Positions 1-14,058 of a DNA stretch of 64,000 nucleotides are shown piece by piece. The notes beneath the pieces are model-generated. The model made no database searches. It was not told the DNA's origin and saw only the letters and a list, made by a program, of their open reading frames with translations. Source of the stretch: Klebsormidium nitens (Eukaryota; Plantae; Klebsormidiophyceae); assembly GCA_000708835.1 (NCBI GenBank), contig DF237053.1, forward strand, positions 124,001-188,000. Reading direction: 5' to 3'. The stretch's first letter is position 1. Each line of letters begins with the position of its first letter. A program made the translations under genes and the position numbers.

Positions 1-969
1 AACACCTCTTCTTCGGATTTCGCTTCCAGGTCGCTTCTTCCCAGCAAGTACGAAACGCCCTCCAAGCTCAGTAACTTGAACACGGGATCGTCCCAGAGCG
101 TTACCTCCTTGAACCGCTGGAAAAGTGTGTCGCACGCTTGTGCTTTCAGGCTCTTGACGGCGACGTATTGGAGATAAGGCGCGGGCAATTGGAACGCCGT
201 GTGCTGTAGCCACTCCAAGTCGTCAAGCAGATTCGCCCAGACTTTGCTGACGGCAGCGACCATTCCGGCGACCCCGTACTTGTCGGCGACGGTTAACAAG
301 GCCACGAGCTCCTCGCAACGGTCGCCGCGATCTAGGCACGGCGTGGAAAAGGTTCCCGTGTAGACGAAGTAGAGCATCTCTAAGACGGCTCGTTCCTCTG
401 CACCAACGAAAACGTTTACGTGTTTCCTCGAGCTATCTTTGACGGAAAAAGACCGTCCGCAGCAGATTCTGCTTCTCGTGGGGTCTTGCCCATGAACGGA
501 CGGTGAGAATGCAAGCGGTAGCGATGTGAAAGGGAGATTAAACAACCGGGGTGGCTTCCAGATTTCGAGCGAAAGATATGATCTGTTTTCAAAAATCTGT
601 GCTCGCCATGATCGAAAATTTCAAGTGACCGTCGAATCACGCTACAAGAGCTGGAACATTTCGTTCGAACATTTCTGGCGCAGAAGATGCGCGAACGGTC
701 AGCTCTTAAAGGCTCCCAAACCGTATCTAAAACGTACGTGCGCTGCTGAAAGATTGGAATCGTCTGAGTTGCATCAACACTTTCCTTAGGCTCACCATTC
801 AAGTTGTTTGTCGCGGCTGTCTTACCTTGCTCGCTGTCTACGTTGACGATCACAGGGCGGTCTTTGTCGGTTTCAGCCATGCCATTGGAGAGCATGTTTT
901 GAAAGACAAGACTTTTCGCCGCAACGATCGCGCTGTTGACAGGGACCTTCTTACGAACCACCGCTTGAT
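1..969 (-). CDS. BTB/POZ-BACK domain protein (partial; runs off the left edge; further 5' exons likely but unresolved)
   Basis: Exon 969-826 (VPVNSAIVAAKSLVFQNMLSNGMAETDKDRPVIVNVDSEQ) splices via GT-AG to exon 397-1 (EERAVLEMLYFVYTG...LLTVADKYGV...LSLEGVSYLLGRSDLEAKSEEEV). These are typical BTB and BACK motifs. Confidence 0.8.
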
Positions 970-3119
970 CTGCACACAGAAGAAATGGTTTGCCAGAGGG
1001 ACTTAATGGGGAAGGCTCTTGTCGTATCGACCATTCGCCGCTTGCGTTTAGAAACTTCTCTGACGTGCAAGAATATCTCAAAGTCTTCTCGAGGAGAAGA
1101 AGGAAGATTCATAGTCTGACTTGATATCCTGTTGCAAAGTGCGGTCTGATTTTTGAGCGACCCCAGACAAGATGTCGGCTTGATTTTTATTGGAAGCATT
1201 GCATCGGGGTAATGAAACGCTGATTTGAACAGCCTTCTCTTGCAGGCAAACCCAGAATAGTCTCCGGATCTTCGGCTCGCTAATTACTGCCTTGAGATCC
1301 AGGATCATAATCTGCATCTATGGCTCAGAATCAAAGAACCTCGACTTGACACCGACAAGACTCGTTTGCCCTGCATTTTCAGTTCCAACTCCAACCATCC
1401 AATCATCATTGATCTTCAACCGTTCTTCACTTAGTGGAGATGCACTCGCGAAAGCACCGATCTGACTTTTCGTAGATGATCACCTCCATCTTGAACTGGT
1501 TCCGGCCCTTGCAGCCAAATGATGCGGTCGCTGAACGAGGGATTGCTGCAACAGAGAACAGCCAATTCGATGGGGGATAAGGAGCTCTATTTCTAATGTA
1601 TTTGTTCAAAGGCCGTTTTCATCTTTCAAGCTCTGCTAAATGAGCTTGAGCGACTTTGTGTTCACTTTCGAATCTGTAGTGTGTGAGCTTTTCCTGAGAC
1701 ACCCGTCACAAACTCTTGTGCAACATCTGTCAAATCCACCCATTTCAAGCGCTCCAGATCAAGCGACGATTGACGTATCTGCTTGTTTTTTGATTAAATT
1801 TACCAGTTTTCTGCGCTCGCCACTGCAGTGCTGGCAACGTGTTGTTTGATACCTCTCTTCATGTTCATAACATCTCCGCGTTCCCCTATGACACAACTGC
1901 AGGACTGATGGCTGGAAGGTTATGCTAATATCACAGCAAAACTAGGGATCGGAACAGACTTCCCTGGGACTCCGCTGAGACATAACTTTTCTTCCTACAA
2001 GCAACCTGTGAAGATCAGCTGGATTTTTCACTTACCCATAAGCGAAAGCGAAGTCGTAGCAGGCAGGCTCGTCTAGTAGCACGCTGCTTGTTCCTTTCCC
2101 GGTTGCAGTGTCTCTTTTTTCTATGGACCCCGCTTCTTTCTTGCTAGCCACGCGACTCAGGCGCAGAATCCTTGGCCTCATCCTTGCTTCGCGTACGGTT
2201 GCTCTTTCTTGAGACTGGTTTACTCTGAGATGGCAGCAAGTGTTTGCTAAGGCGCGTCCTCAGGAATTGGGACGGAGAGGACTGAAAGGTAGGCACCAGC
2301 AGGCCTTACGCAGGATCAGGTCTTAAGGCAGCCATTCCGGCAAGTGAGGCTAGGCACACACATTGCTTGAAGCCTGCTAGAGCAGCTTCAATCTGTGAGA
2401 CACTGCATCTCCTACATAATTCTGCAAAGGAAGAATGTTGCACAGAACCGTTCAAAGCTCCTGCTGAGCCCGGGCCCCAAGCTAGCGATGGGCGTATCTG
2501 TGCCGCTGCAATCTGACCGTTCGATTAGACAGTAACAGGATCGACGATCACCAGTCTGGCTCGATGCCTCAATCAGATTTCATCGGACGGCTTGCTTATA
2601 CCGACAATATTTCAGGCTTATGTCTTCGCATGATCGCTCAACGTCACCAATTACAAACCTGCTCGAACCAAGGTGCCCCCCTGCAGCAACTTGGTAACTG
2701 ATCAAGAAGATACGGCCCTTGAGCAGCTGAAGTAGGATGGCGAGCCTGCAAGGGGGTTCAAGAGCCTTTAGATTCTTGGGATACCAATCGCAGTCTGCTG
2801 CAGCTTCAGCGAGCAGCAACGAGATCAGTTAGCAGATTCCTGATGAGATTCATTCTCTTGCTGAGCTGAGTGCTGGCAAGCTGTTTGCTAGGTTGCTGCA
2901 CATAAGTGTTGGCTCAACTTTTGGAGGAAGGATCCAGATTGTAGGAATCACCCAGCGCCCCACCGTTTTACTCTTACCTGCGTCCTAGCTGAACTTTGTA
3001 TCCTGCGCGGATCTATGGTCGGCCAACTCGAAAGCCCTATCACGCAAGGCAACGTTGTTCAAAGATAACACCATACCAAGCTTCACCATATCTGCGCGCT
3101 GAGGCAAGCAGCTCAGAAA

Positions 3120-5798
3120 ATGAAGTCCAAAACAGGAACGCTGCGCTCCCCTGCTTCGTCCACACCGAATAGATTTGGCTCACGGCGCCCAATGTCAAAC
3201 GTCACCAACTTCAACGTGAGCTTAAGAGCGAGAGCGTTTGACCAACCAAATGAGGCAGAGTTCGATAAAGAGAATGACTCGGGTTTCCTCAGCAAGGAGG
3301 TCCTTCTTCTAAAGAAGCTCTTACGCGAGAAGGAAAGAATGCTTATCCTGCAGAATGATCAGATGCAAGCCATGCAAGCCAATCTTATACAGACGATGCG
3401 TCGGAGCTCTGCGCTTAACAATGAGATCATCCAGTACAACGTAAGGTTGCAGAAGGTAAGAAGGGTGTTGTCACAGTTCGTGAGATTACGCTTGTCTTTT
3501 GATTATAGTGCGAACTGCTCGACACAGACAGAGTCACTCGCTGCAAAAAAGAGTATGCTCCTTGTGAATAAAGAGAAAGGTCTAAACTTAGATGCCGCTT
3601 GATGAACCCGATTGAGCTTCAGCATTGAACGGATGCCTTTCTGAACAAATCAGATTGTTTGCAGGAACTTGCCGAAGCACGGAACCAGGTGAGTGAAGGT
3701 GTCCTGCTTTCCATGGATGCACTAAACGACCACCGTTGTACCCTTTGCTCGTGGCCTGCTGTTGCGAGTCTGTTGCATGGACTTCCCTTCCCATTGCAAC
3801 ACTGTTCGTTGTAACTTCATTTGAACATTGACAACGTTGGTTCAATCTAGAATGAGGGTATAGACAGCAACCTTCGAGTCGTCGAAAATCAGGATCAAGG
3901 TCGAAATTGGCATACCGCACGAGCAAATGCTCTGGTGCTGACCAGATTCTACTTGCAGCTGACTCTTCTCAAGCACGAACGCAATCAGATGGTGTCCTTG
4001 CGGAAGCTTCATGCACATGAGACGTCACTGCAAATTGACGCTCTCTCTGAAAGGGTTGACCAGCTGCAACGAGAAAAGAACGAGCTGTTGCGGATGAGGT
4101 GCACCAAAGAGGTAGGTAGATACAGGAAACAATGATTCGGTTGGAGCTTCTCCTTTTGGACTCTGAAGCAATTTCCTAATTCTTGAGCCGGAATATCCTT
4201 TCTTTGGCACCTAAATTGCACGATGACCTGAAGTGTGACGGTTTCGTCTTTGTCAGGAGCGCCAGAATGGCGTGGCGAGCAGCCTGCAAAGAGCGAGCAA
4301 AATGCAGGGCGACCTGGACGTCGATGTAAGCCGTTCTCAATATTCGCTGTGTAAAGGGACTATCTTGGTCACTTCCAGGTTATGTAACACTGCAGCTTTT
4401 CCACACCGCTTGGCTTTTTTCAACACGTTTTCTTCCTTTAGTTTACTGAAATCTCCTAACCTGATTTGACAGCATCAAATACATTGTTTGAGGGATTACA
4501 ACCAGTTTTGACAGCATAAAATGATTCGTTCGATTGGCCGTCTCCCCAGCAAGAGCGGTGTCATATTTTGTGCACCCAAGGCCATTTCGACTGGCAAAAA
4601 GTTATATCAAGGCCTGACACATACGCAACGTAATCTCATACGATTCCCGGAGCCTGGATGCAGGTCCACCGGGTCAGAGATCGCTCGAGGACTAAGACAG
4701 GTACGACAAAGGCTCACTTAGACCAAATGAGGAAGTCCGGCGTGGGAATGCTTTGTGGTATTTCGTTGAGAAACCATGGCTTTAACGGAGAGTTGAATGC
4801 CTATTTAGACCTCGAATGGAAACTTTGTTTGGCAGAATTTCAGAAACTCTTGTGTGATAAAATTTTGCTGCCTCTCCACCTCCACCTCAATCTTCATCAA
4901 ATAGGAGAGGATCTGAGAACGTCCCTGCTTTTCCTCTCAGGTAGCTTGGCCAGACGTACTTCCAACGGACCACAACCGAGGGAGACTACGGGTGCCAAGG
5001 ATAGCCATACTGGTTCACGATCGGATTCGGAAATAATCCAACCGCGAAGGTAAGAAAAGTATCAGTAGGACGTTTGAGATGCCTCCGTCTCAGGCCTGTT
5101 TTGGCTCAACTTGATTCTGGATGCAAACCACGTAACTGGCTTCTGCGAGCAATCTCCACTTACATGGAAACGGTTGAGCCAACGGACCACGGAAAAGCTT
5201 CGAGTCTTAGATATCCGCGAGAAATCAGGGGCTCATGAGGAGTGCCAAATCCACAGCCGAGCATAAAAGACCATATTCATCAAAATTGTGATTCAAGGAT
5301 TGCTCGAGAAAGTTTCTCGCACGCCAGGGACAATTAACTTGTCATGAGAAACAGCTCATGTTTATTGTACCAAACTATTTCATTATGTGCAGGCTTGGTT
5401 TCGGTCTACGCAACACCGTACCCGTCAGCTACGCTGAGCCGTCACTGAGAGCGAAGATGCGGCGGGACGATGCTGCCAGCTTCCCCGTTGCAATCGACGA
5501 ACTTTCTCTGCTCAAAATTCCAAAGTCAGTCGCCCCGAAGATGAGCCAGATCGAAGAGGCTTCGGAATGGACTGGCCAGGAGGCGCCGCAGACTAATGTG
5601 CACGCTACTCGTTCTGCGAAGCCAACCCGCGCACAGCTTGTCGAGAATCCGAGCAGCGGTAAGAAGGTTAGCACAGACCTACCGGAAAGGTCGCTGTCTC
5701 CCTCTTTGAGTCCTGAAAGAAGGCGGTACCTAAGGAGATCAAAGCAGCCCGTAAGCTATAAAGAGCCGTCCCTTGCTACGAAGTTGCGCAGGTCATAA
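3120..5798 (+). CDS. SGO1: Shugoshin-like centromeric cohesion protector (multi-exon)
   Basis: N-terminal coiled coil (LLLKKLLREKERMLILQNDQMQAMQANL...) plus C-terminal SGO basic motifs VPVSYAEPSLRAKMRR and RRSKQPVSYKEPSLATKLRR. Internal exon boundaries are approximate. Confidence 0.8.
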
Positions 5799-6376
5799 GA
5801 CGTTTCAATGGGAAAGACCTGATGTAAAGAGAGCCGTTTGGAACATGCTAGGCATAGACTCTGCGCCTGCCAATGGCTACGATTACAACATCAGACAGCT
5901 CAGCTCTGCCGCTCTCGTCCAGAACAGGAGTCTGGTCAAAAGCAGGTTTGACGAACTGTGCGCTAATATTCTGCCGCCGTCTGATCAATGATATGGCCAC
6001 GTGCCCCGGGGCCAACTAATAGTTTGCCCTTATGCACTTTACGTGTGTTGAAGCATAGAGCGGCTTGACCCAATCTGAGACGTTACTGTGCGGCAATCTT
6101 AACCTCGCGACGTCTGATTGCAGCCCACGGCGTTGTCAATGCTTTTGCTTCTTGTCAAGCTCGGCTTGCAGGTCGGAAGGTCGGGCCTAAATATGTGCAC
6201 TAAGCTTAAATCAATCATGTAGCAGCTTGAACCAAAACACCGTGCAGAGTCATCATGGCCTGCCAGAGAATTATAACGGACACTGGCCTGCGGGGGAAAA
6301 GTGTAACGGCCGCCCCTACATATGCCCGGCCTGAGTCCTACATAGACTGGACCACCCAATCTATGGGCATCTTTTG

Positions 6377-6421
6377 CACATGGCGCCTGCGCACATGGCG
6401 CCTGCGCACATGGCGCCTGCG
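6377..6421. repeat. 15-bp tandem repeat x3 (gcacatggcgcctgc)
   Basis: Three exact copies read directly from the sequence. Confidence 0.95.
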
Positions 6422-6523
6422 CGCATGACGCGTCGATCAACCAAGAAAGCCTGCCCGCGCCGTGGACACGTGATCCATCCTGCGAAAAATACATGGCTCT
6501 TGAGTTTACGCTTTCAAAACACT

Positions 6524-6600
6524 TAGTATCTATACGGCCATAACGTTGTGGCATGATATGGCATATCATGCCACAACGTTATGGCCGTACATAGATACTA
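6524..6600. repeat. Near-perfect palindrome: 28-bp perfect arms, 1-nt loop, extended about 9 bp past a 2-nt bulge
   Basis: tacggccataacgttgtggcatgatatg (6533-6560), g, catatcatgccacaacgttatggccgta (6562-6589); outer arms tagtatcta / tagatacta. Confidence 0.95.
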
Positions 6601-7003
6601 TGATGATGATTGGAAGGCGCGTACACGTCGCTCGGACTGAGTGAATGGTTCGCGAAGTGCAATGCTCATATTCGTGCACGTATGTATCGTGCCACTGGCT
6701 TGAAGGTTGCACCTTGTTGATTGATTGATTCAATAGAAAGCTTGATTCTGCATAACCAACTATTGCGCGTGGGCCTCGATGACAATCTTCAATGTTGCTG
6801 ACATTTGAATCCTCATTACCTTGATCAATGACATGTCGAAGTCTCAGACCTTCCATGTTTAGTACCTCCTGAACGTAACCGACTAAATTACACCTCCAAT
6901 CACATTGTTTGTCACAATCCGTTCTACTCAACATACTTATGTGCTCTTTATCGTCAACCCACGATCACCAACCTCATCAACCTTACACCCCAAGCAATGA
7001 AGG

Positions 7004-10000
7004 TCACCGAGCTACAGACGCCTTTTTCCCATTCCTCCCAGATGCGGCCCGTTCCATAGATCGGCCTTCCTCCTCGCTTGGGAGATACTCCGGCAACGCG
7101 TCGAAAAGGAAGTCTAGGTCGCCCGGAAGGGACTGCTTGTTCTTGGTCGACCGGGCTCCAACGATCAGGGCCCCGCCCTCTTCCAAGGCCCACAGCTGAC
7201 ACATGGAGTTGGACGTCAGCACAAACGCGCCATGCTTCGGAAAAAGTGGTGTCAGTGCCGCCTCGCCTCTGGACAGCAAGCAGCACTTACAGATTGCTCT
7301 CTTAGTCAGTTTCAATACAGCCATCGAACATCTGTCTGACGACTTTGCAAGCAAAGTCCGGCGGGTAAGGAGAAGGGCGAACCTCTCCCATCATATAAAT
7401 TATTCAACGAATCTAGCGGTAAAAGGGTTGACACAACGACTAGCACCACTGATAATAATAATAAAAATTTTAGGCGAAGTGTTAGTCGATAACTATAATG
7501 TTAGTATTGGTGGGCAAGTTATCGAACAACAAACCGGAGAATATATGCATGTACAAAATCAATCAAAAATCAACGGGGTCAATCCCGTAACTAACGTGGC
7601 TTGCTTGCAGAACCCCTTAAATCTCAGCTCTTGCCGTGTCACGTTTGAGAATGGACAAAGGCTGGGCGTTCAGGCCCGCAATCTCTGTTTTGCATGTAAG
7701 AGGCAACACCTTGCAGCAAGGGTGGGACTATCAGAAACAGCAAAGACGTTTGTAGGAACAGCCGCACAAACATCGACAAGCAGTTGGCAAGATTCTCCTT
7801 AGAAGAAAGACGGGACTTCGAGAGTTTTCACGCTGAAGTCTTCAACGAGGACGGAAGCAGCGGACACAAGTACTTAAGATGGTACAAGAACCAGTCTCCG
7901 CAAGGCAACGATAGGAAAAGAATTATAACGGAAGCGACGAGACGGGCCAAATCCTGGAACCTAGCAGCTGAGGAAGACGGGATCGAGCGGGACATGAAGA
8001 ATCCTTACCTGATCGTGCGACACCTGGCTCACAATGACGGTCACGATGAGCGTCCCAAAGCCGGCGTAGACGAACGGCACTCCCGGATCATACTGCAAAA
8101 AGATGAGGCATGCTAAGATGGAAGGAATGATGGCTCGTGCCATATTCTTGTTTGAAACAAAAGTTGTCTGACGAAGCTAGTCTTGACCCTCATGTTCTCT
8201 GATTGCCGTCACGCAGCCAGCTCCTAGGATCCGGTTGCAATCTCATTTCGTGGACTACCATCAGGCTCCCACGCCGAAAACAGGATGAAAGAACCAGTCT
8301 TCGCGATTTGCATGCGCTCCAAGATACTTCACCATACCCTTTCTGCTCTGTACAGACGTTGCACGCAGATGCAAGCGGGCTTTCACCGAGGCTTGACATC
8401 GACAGACCCCCAAAACCATCTATTTCTGACGACTTGCAGCTATCAACCTTCCACTCCAACCATAAGGAGAAGACATTGCTCAGGTTCTTTGATTCGACAA
8501 ACGTTGCTGATGTTTCTCGGATCTAGACAAGGACAAAGACACTACGCAGACTGAAGGGCAAACCCGCCCACTTTTCTGCCGTACCTTGAGCTGCATTCCG
8601 GTCGCCCCGATAAGCTCTTCGATGACGATGTCCTTCCCGTCTACAGTGATGGGCTTGTTCGATCCCGGCCGTCGAACGCCGACAAAGTTGCCATCGGGGC
8701 CGTAGATAGCGACGGACAGAAAGTCACGTGCCACCAGAGAGCTGCATCGGGCGCAGAATCGTCAATCGGGGGCCACACAAAAAATTAGAACTGTGCTTAT
8801 TCTGACAACGTTGAAAAGTAACGAAGAGGTTTTTAAGAGGTTTTTTCGCACCTTTGTCATTCCAGATTATTCCTGACCGTATTTGCGTTTGTCTTCAATC
8901 ACTCAACCCTGCTTCGCAAGCGGATGCAACGCTATGGTTTTCAAAGACTGAGCAAAGCAGAGAATAGTCCCTAATCCATGGCGCAAACTCGTGGGCTTCC
9001 TTCGAAAACTACCAAAAGACCTCCCCTTTGCTCCGCTATGCAAAAGGGCTGAAAGACCGTGATAATTTACGAGGCACTGGGGCCAAGCGTCGCCGTCAGA
9101 TTGTCCCCCCTTCTCAAAAGTGGGAAGTCGTAATACTTACACGCCACGTGGCTCTTCCGCAGGCCCCGTCCTAAGGAACGTTCCGAAGAGCTTGCCCGTC
9201 TTGCCCTGCGGGAGCGGATAGGCCCTGTCAGAAGCTGCGCCGCACTTGGCAAAGCGATGGAGCTGACTGAGGCGCTTCGATATCACAAGCCGGCAAGGCG
9301 GCTATCAGTGTCCGGTTCTAACGGCGAGCTGGCACATAACTTCCTTAGAACGATTACCACAGAGCCTGCTTCACAGCACTCCGGACTCCTTAAGGGGAAG
9401 AAAATCGTCTACGAGGGGGTTCCAGAGCTCCAGTCAAGAGATTTTCAGCTCCATCCGAGCGAAACACATTGCGTCTAGCGAACATGGTGTCCAGAACACC
9501 TGCTCAAGTGGAGCTTGAGAAGAAGAGAGTCACGAAGCAAAAGCAGGGACCCGGACGAAACGCCTGCGTCAGTCTCACAACTTGAATCCGAAGCACATGG
9601 GAGTTCCGTCGCCATCTCCAGCACGTCGATGCGTCGCGCTTACTCCGCGACCCGAATTCCGAGGTTGCCACGCATCTTGATTGAAATATGACGTAAGCCG
9701 TAATCCAGTTACCAATCAATCATCCAGTACGGCCACCAGCAACTATTTTCGCAGCCACTTCATGATCCAGAGGGCACTGAAGAAAGGGTGAGGTGAGTGT
9801 GATTAAACATGTTACAAGAATGATGCAAACACCATGCTTACCACTCCGTCGTCAAGAATAGCCATCGGCAGCCGGAACGGAGCCCCCCCGTCGACGCGCG
9901 CTTGCAGGCTCGCGAGGTTCCAGTCCGTCTGGTACATGGTCACCCCGCCGTAGCGCAGCGGGTCGTTCACCTTGATCATCTTATGGTACACCTCGTTGTC

Positions 10001-13000
10001 GTTCAGATCGACGATGGATAGGTCTGAGTAGTATTGGTTAACCTGCAAAAGGGTTAAGGGTGTCACCTCAATTCGGAGCTGGGCTTAGAAATCACCATCT
10101 TGGGAGGCCAGGTCCGAGTTCAAGAAGGTGATCCTGCACCATGGTTAAACCGCCGATATCGACTGAATCGACCCATCAAGTTGAGCTCACGCAGGTTTGA
10201 TGTGACAAGATTTTCTGTGGTTATTGACCGGCACTGGACAGGTCGGGTTAGATTTTCTTAAGTTGCACCAGGTGTAAGCCGTCAGTTTTAGCGGTCTAGG
10301 ATAACCCGGTTCAACTCAAAATACGGACTTGACCCCAAGCAAAACTGGGCTCGAATATTTGTTGTCAATACTGACCACGATGCACAAGTCCGAGAGCAAC
10401 TGGTTTAGACTGCACTTTGCCGCAAATGCCAACTTTCGATAACTCCCAGTATCAGTAAGCAACTCTAGTCGTCTCGAGTCGAGCTCTCGTCAACGTTCAA
10501 TCAAGACAAATTCCGACAGCGGCAAAAAGTGAACTTCAGAAAGTTCCGTCAAAGATGGGAGGCACTTGCAAATGCGTTCTGATTTTCACACAAGTCTCAA
10601 GGAACGAAAGAAACGGTTGAAAGAGACGGCAAAGCAGTCCTTACGTTGCCGTTCGGCATGTAGTCAATGGAAAAGTTGTTGACGTGGACTCTATACTGCT
10701 CGGCCGCCGGCATGCGGCTCAAGATTCCCACTGGCTTCAATATATCGCCGATGAAGAACTCCTGCGGGGGGAGACACATGACGTCAGCTGCTAAGTAGCC
10801 ACCGAGACCTCTGTGACGTCAGCACGGGCTACGGATTCAGACGAGCGGTTCGCTTTCTGGTGTGAAAATGAAGACCGCGACTGCAGTGAGAAGATGCTGC
10901 GAGAACATCCCTCGACCACTTTCCGAAAGGAAAGATGTTCAGATGAAGCTTTCAATATGCAATACGGCAGCGAAACAAGACAATGCGGACGGTGGTCCGT
11001 CCTCTGTCACAACATCGAAACTATGGCGTCATGGAGTCCTCTTCAAAGTCGATAAAGACAGGGACTGCGCTCCGCAAGATGACCTGAACCAGCCCTACAG
11101 GACGCTTTCCTACCACAGAATTTGTCACTCTGAAGAATCAGTACAAAGCTTTCCTCTCCAGAATGTGAGCAGACACATACCTGTCCCTGGGGCGTCATGG
11201 AGCTTCCGTCGAAGCCGGCAGTGGCAGAATAAGCGCAGCCCGCCATAGTGAGAATAAGCCCTATGTGGACCCCGATCGGGCCCAGCTTGCCGGCCAGGCC
11301 CCGGAACGCGTAAACTGCAGGGCCTTTCATGAAGACCTGCGAAAGGCAGGAGCGGTGTGAAGAGGCTCTTGAGTTTGAAAGAAGTGGTTTGTATACGGAG
11401 ACTTTGTTTGTTACATGAAAGTAGAGGGGCCTCGCATGAATGCGAAATCCTGGAACAGAGGAAACGTGTTGGGAAGGCTCCAGACTGAAGAAGGCGCTTG
11501 ACGCTGCGACTCACGAATCCAGTTTTCCACTGCATGGAACCATGAACGAGAAGTGCTTTGCATTACCCCTTTTCAGGAGGGCGACTGGAGATAGGGAGTC
11601 TGGCACATAACGAGGAAAACGACGGGGTGGATCGGACCAAGTCGTCAAGTCTTCACATATCTTAGGCACACTCGAGTCACACCCTGTGCCTTGCTTGGGA
11701 AACCCCCACGAAGGGTGAGTCGATTCAGAATGTAAGAACCTGATAACTCCTTCCGCTAGCAACTCCCTTCAGAAGCAGGGGATCTCTTGGAAAAACAAGA
11801 TCAATGATGCACCATCGGGTGAATCTGACTTTCTTGCACTGGCCATGGGCTTACCTCATATCCTTTCGTGGTTAGCATGGGTACAAGATCGGCCGCCTTG
11901 GCGCGCGGCAGCTCTTCAATGATGTCCATATCCCGAAACTGGGCCTTGGACTTGAGGAAGCGCCACCGTCGGGCAACCTGAGAAAGCAAGCGAACATGAA
12001 CAGGAATGAAACTGGATACGCAAAACCAGTTCCAAAGCACTCGCCTTAGCCATTGGTAGCTACTACAAAGAAGCGCAGGCCATCAGCCACCCCCCCAGAA
12101 AACCAGCAGCTAATAGCCAGTGCAGTTGAAGCAGAGTTACTCTGTTTCAATCTGTCACAAGGAACATGAAGAGTCTTAGTTTCACCCTAGCCATCGGAAG
12201 CTGTTACGTCGAAATGCAAGCCATCAAGCACGCCGGAAGAGCCTTGATCAGGGAGTACAAAGTGTGGTTTCATATAAGATACTTCTGTCCTCAACTTGTC
12301 CAAACGAACATCGCAAACAGATAGTTTCCACTTGGCCATCAGACCCTATCACATGGACCTGGGAGCCATTGGGCAAGTGGTCAGAAATGCAGAAAGAAAG
12401 TGCGCCCAAACTGAAATTACTTTCATTAGAAGATGACCTTGACATGTCAAGGAGCAAATGCGAAGACTCACCTTAGCCATTGGAAGCTGTCGCGTAGACG
12501 TGCACGCCATCAGGCACGCCGCGAGAAACGCGAGAAGCGACAAGAACCACCAGCTCGTGTAAATGTGATCCAGCTCCAGATCCAGGAGCACCTTCCACGA
12601 CAAAAACCCGAAGCTCGGGTTCTCCTCCGGATAGTTGTTGATGTAGAATTGGTAGCTCTTGTTTTGCTCAACGACAGTTCCGAGGGCCGATAGCGCGGCG
12701 ACAGTCAAGAGGGTCCCGATCGCGAGTTCGAGGGAGGAGAGGCTCCGGAGGGTGCGCCGCCACAGGCGTTGCGGCAGCGCTAGGACGCCGTTTCCGAACT
12801 GGGGGGCTTGTATCCGGTTTGGGGGCTCGGTTGTACTTCCTACTAAGGCGGCCGGTTTTCCATTGGGGGCCTGTTTGGCGTTTCCATTCAGGGGCTGTTT
12901 GGCTCCATTCGCAGGAGCGCCGTTCGAAACACTGACATTCGCTGCACTGCCGTTTGTTGCACTACCACTTACCCCATCGCCTTCCCCGTTGAACAACTTT

Positions 13001-13461
13001 ACGCCATTCTGATTGGGCCCACCGTTCTGGGTCCTGTCTCCTTGGATTTTCAAAGGTGGTGGCACATTTGCAACCTTCACGCCGGAGGCCCCGTTGCTGC
13101 TCCCCCTCCCAGACGCGCCAGCCTGCGCCCCCTCTTGCCCTCCGACCACTTCAGCCACAGGGCCTCTTCTCAAACCTCGTCCCTTTCCCGAACCTAACCC
13201 AAAACCCAAACCCTGTAGCCGACACCCCTGGCAGATGTCCTCAAAACTGGAGGAAGTCTGCTTAAGCCCCCCGGAATCCCACCTCACAATCGCAGCATTT
13301 CGTCGCCTAGAAGCCCTTCCTCTGAATGGGCAACTCCCACCGATGAAAAGTGGTTGCGGACTTGAATGTGAAGTTGTGCAAAGATTGGCATTCTGAGACA
13401 ACCAGCTCTGTGCCGCCTTCGCCGCGTGCGGTGTCAGCAGACTCGCTGTTGACGCCATCAT
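7004..13461 (-). CDS. CCS1: Chloroplast cytochrome c biogenesis protein CCS1 (CcsB/ResB family), about 9 exons
   Basis: Exons in order: LSSLELAIGTLLTVAALSALGTVVEQN...LDHIYTSWWF; VARRWRFL; KGPAVYAFRGLAGKLGPIGVH; EFFIGDILKP...HVNNFSIDY; YYSDLS...VNDPLRYGGVTMYQTDW; GKLFGTFL; ARDFLSVAIYGPDGNFVGVRRP...IGATGMQLK; YDPGVPFVYAGFG; LWALEEGGALIVG...TGA at 7004. A long Ser/Ala/Gly-rich N-terminus is consistent with a transit peptide. Confidence 0.95.
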
Positions 13462-14058
13462 CAGACCAAAGGGGATGATCAGCAAATCTACAACTGAAAC
13501 ATTTGTATCACGAGCAGAGAAGGGTTATCTGAAGCTTGTTGGTGGAGGCTTTCACTTCAATGTTCAATGGACAACTCAAAACAGGCTAAGCTGGGATTAT
13601 GTAATCCTGATGGAACTGCTGGAGCCTGGGGTAGCAACTAGTCTGTCGTAGCTTCAAGATTTGAACGGTATTGGCCTTGACAGCTGGTAACAGTACCGGG
13701 GAGAAAACTAGATTGTGCGAGATTTCTTCTTCATCATGTTATCCAGCTGCCGTTGCGCATTCTTGGTGACTGGAGACTGAGGAGTTTTGCTACATTTTGT
13801 AGTGAGGTGAAGTGCGCCAATCCTTCACTTCAGGATCGCACCAATCACCGTTCAGCATCATGCCCCTATGGGCCTATGCCTCCCTCCCTGACTCCAGATC
13901 CCACACCTTGCACCGCTAGGCTTCACATTCGCCAGCAAGGATTTTGGCGCAAGACGTTGACAAATCAGGCACCAGAGCTAGTCACACCCAATGATGATCA
14001 ATTCTGCTATACGAGCCACCTTTGGCATTTTTAAAACATCAGATTGCACGCCGACACA

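Noticed and set aside
7203-8554. Plus-strand ORFs of 89-199 aa as transposon or viral genes
   Set aside because: They are antisense to CCS1 exons and introns and show no recognisable domain.
10085-10140. Possible echo of a CCS1 exon acceptor
   Set aside because: Similarity is too weak to distinguish from chance.
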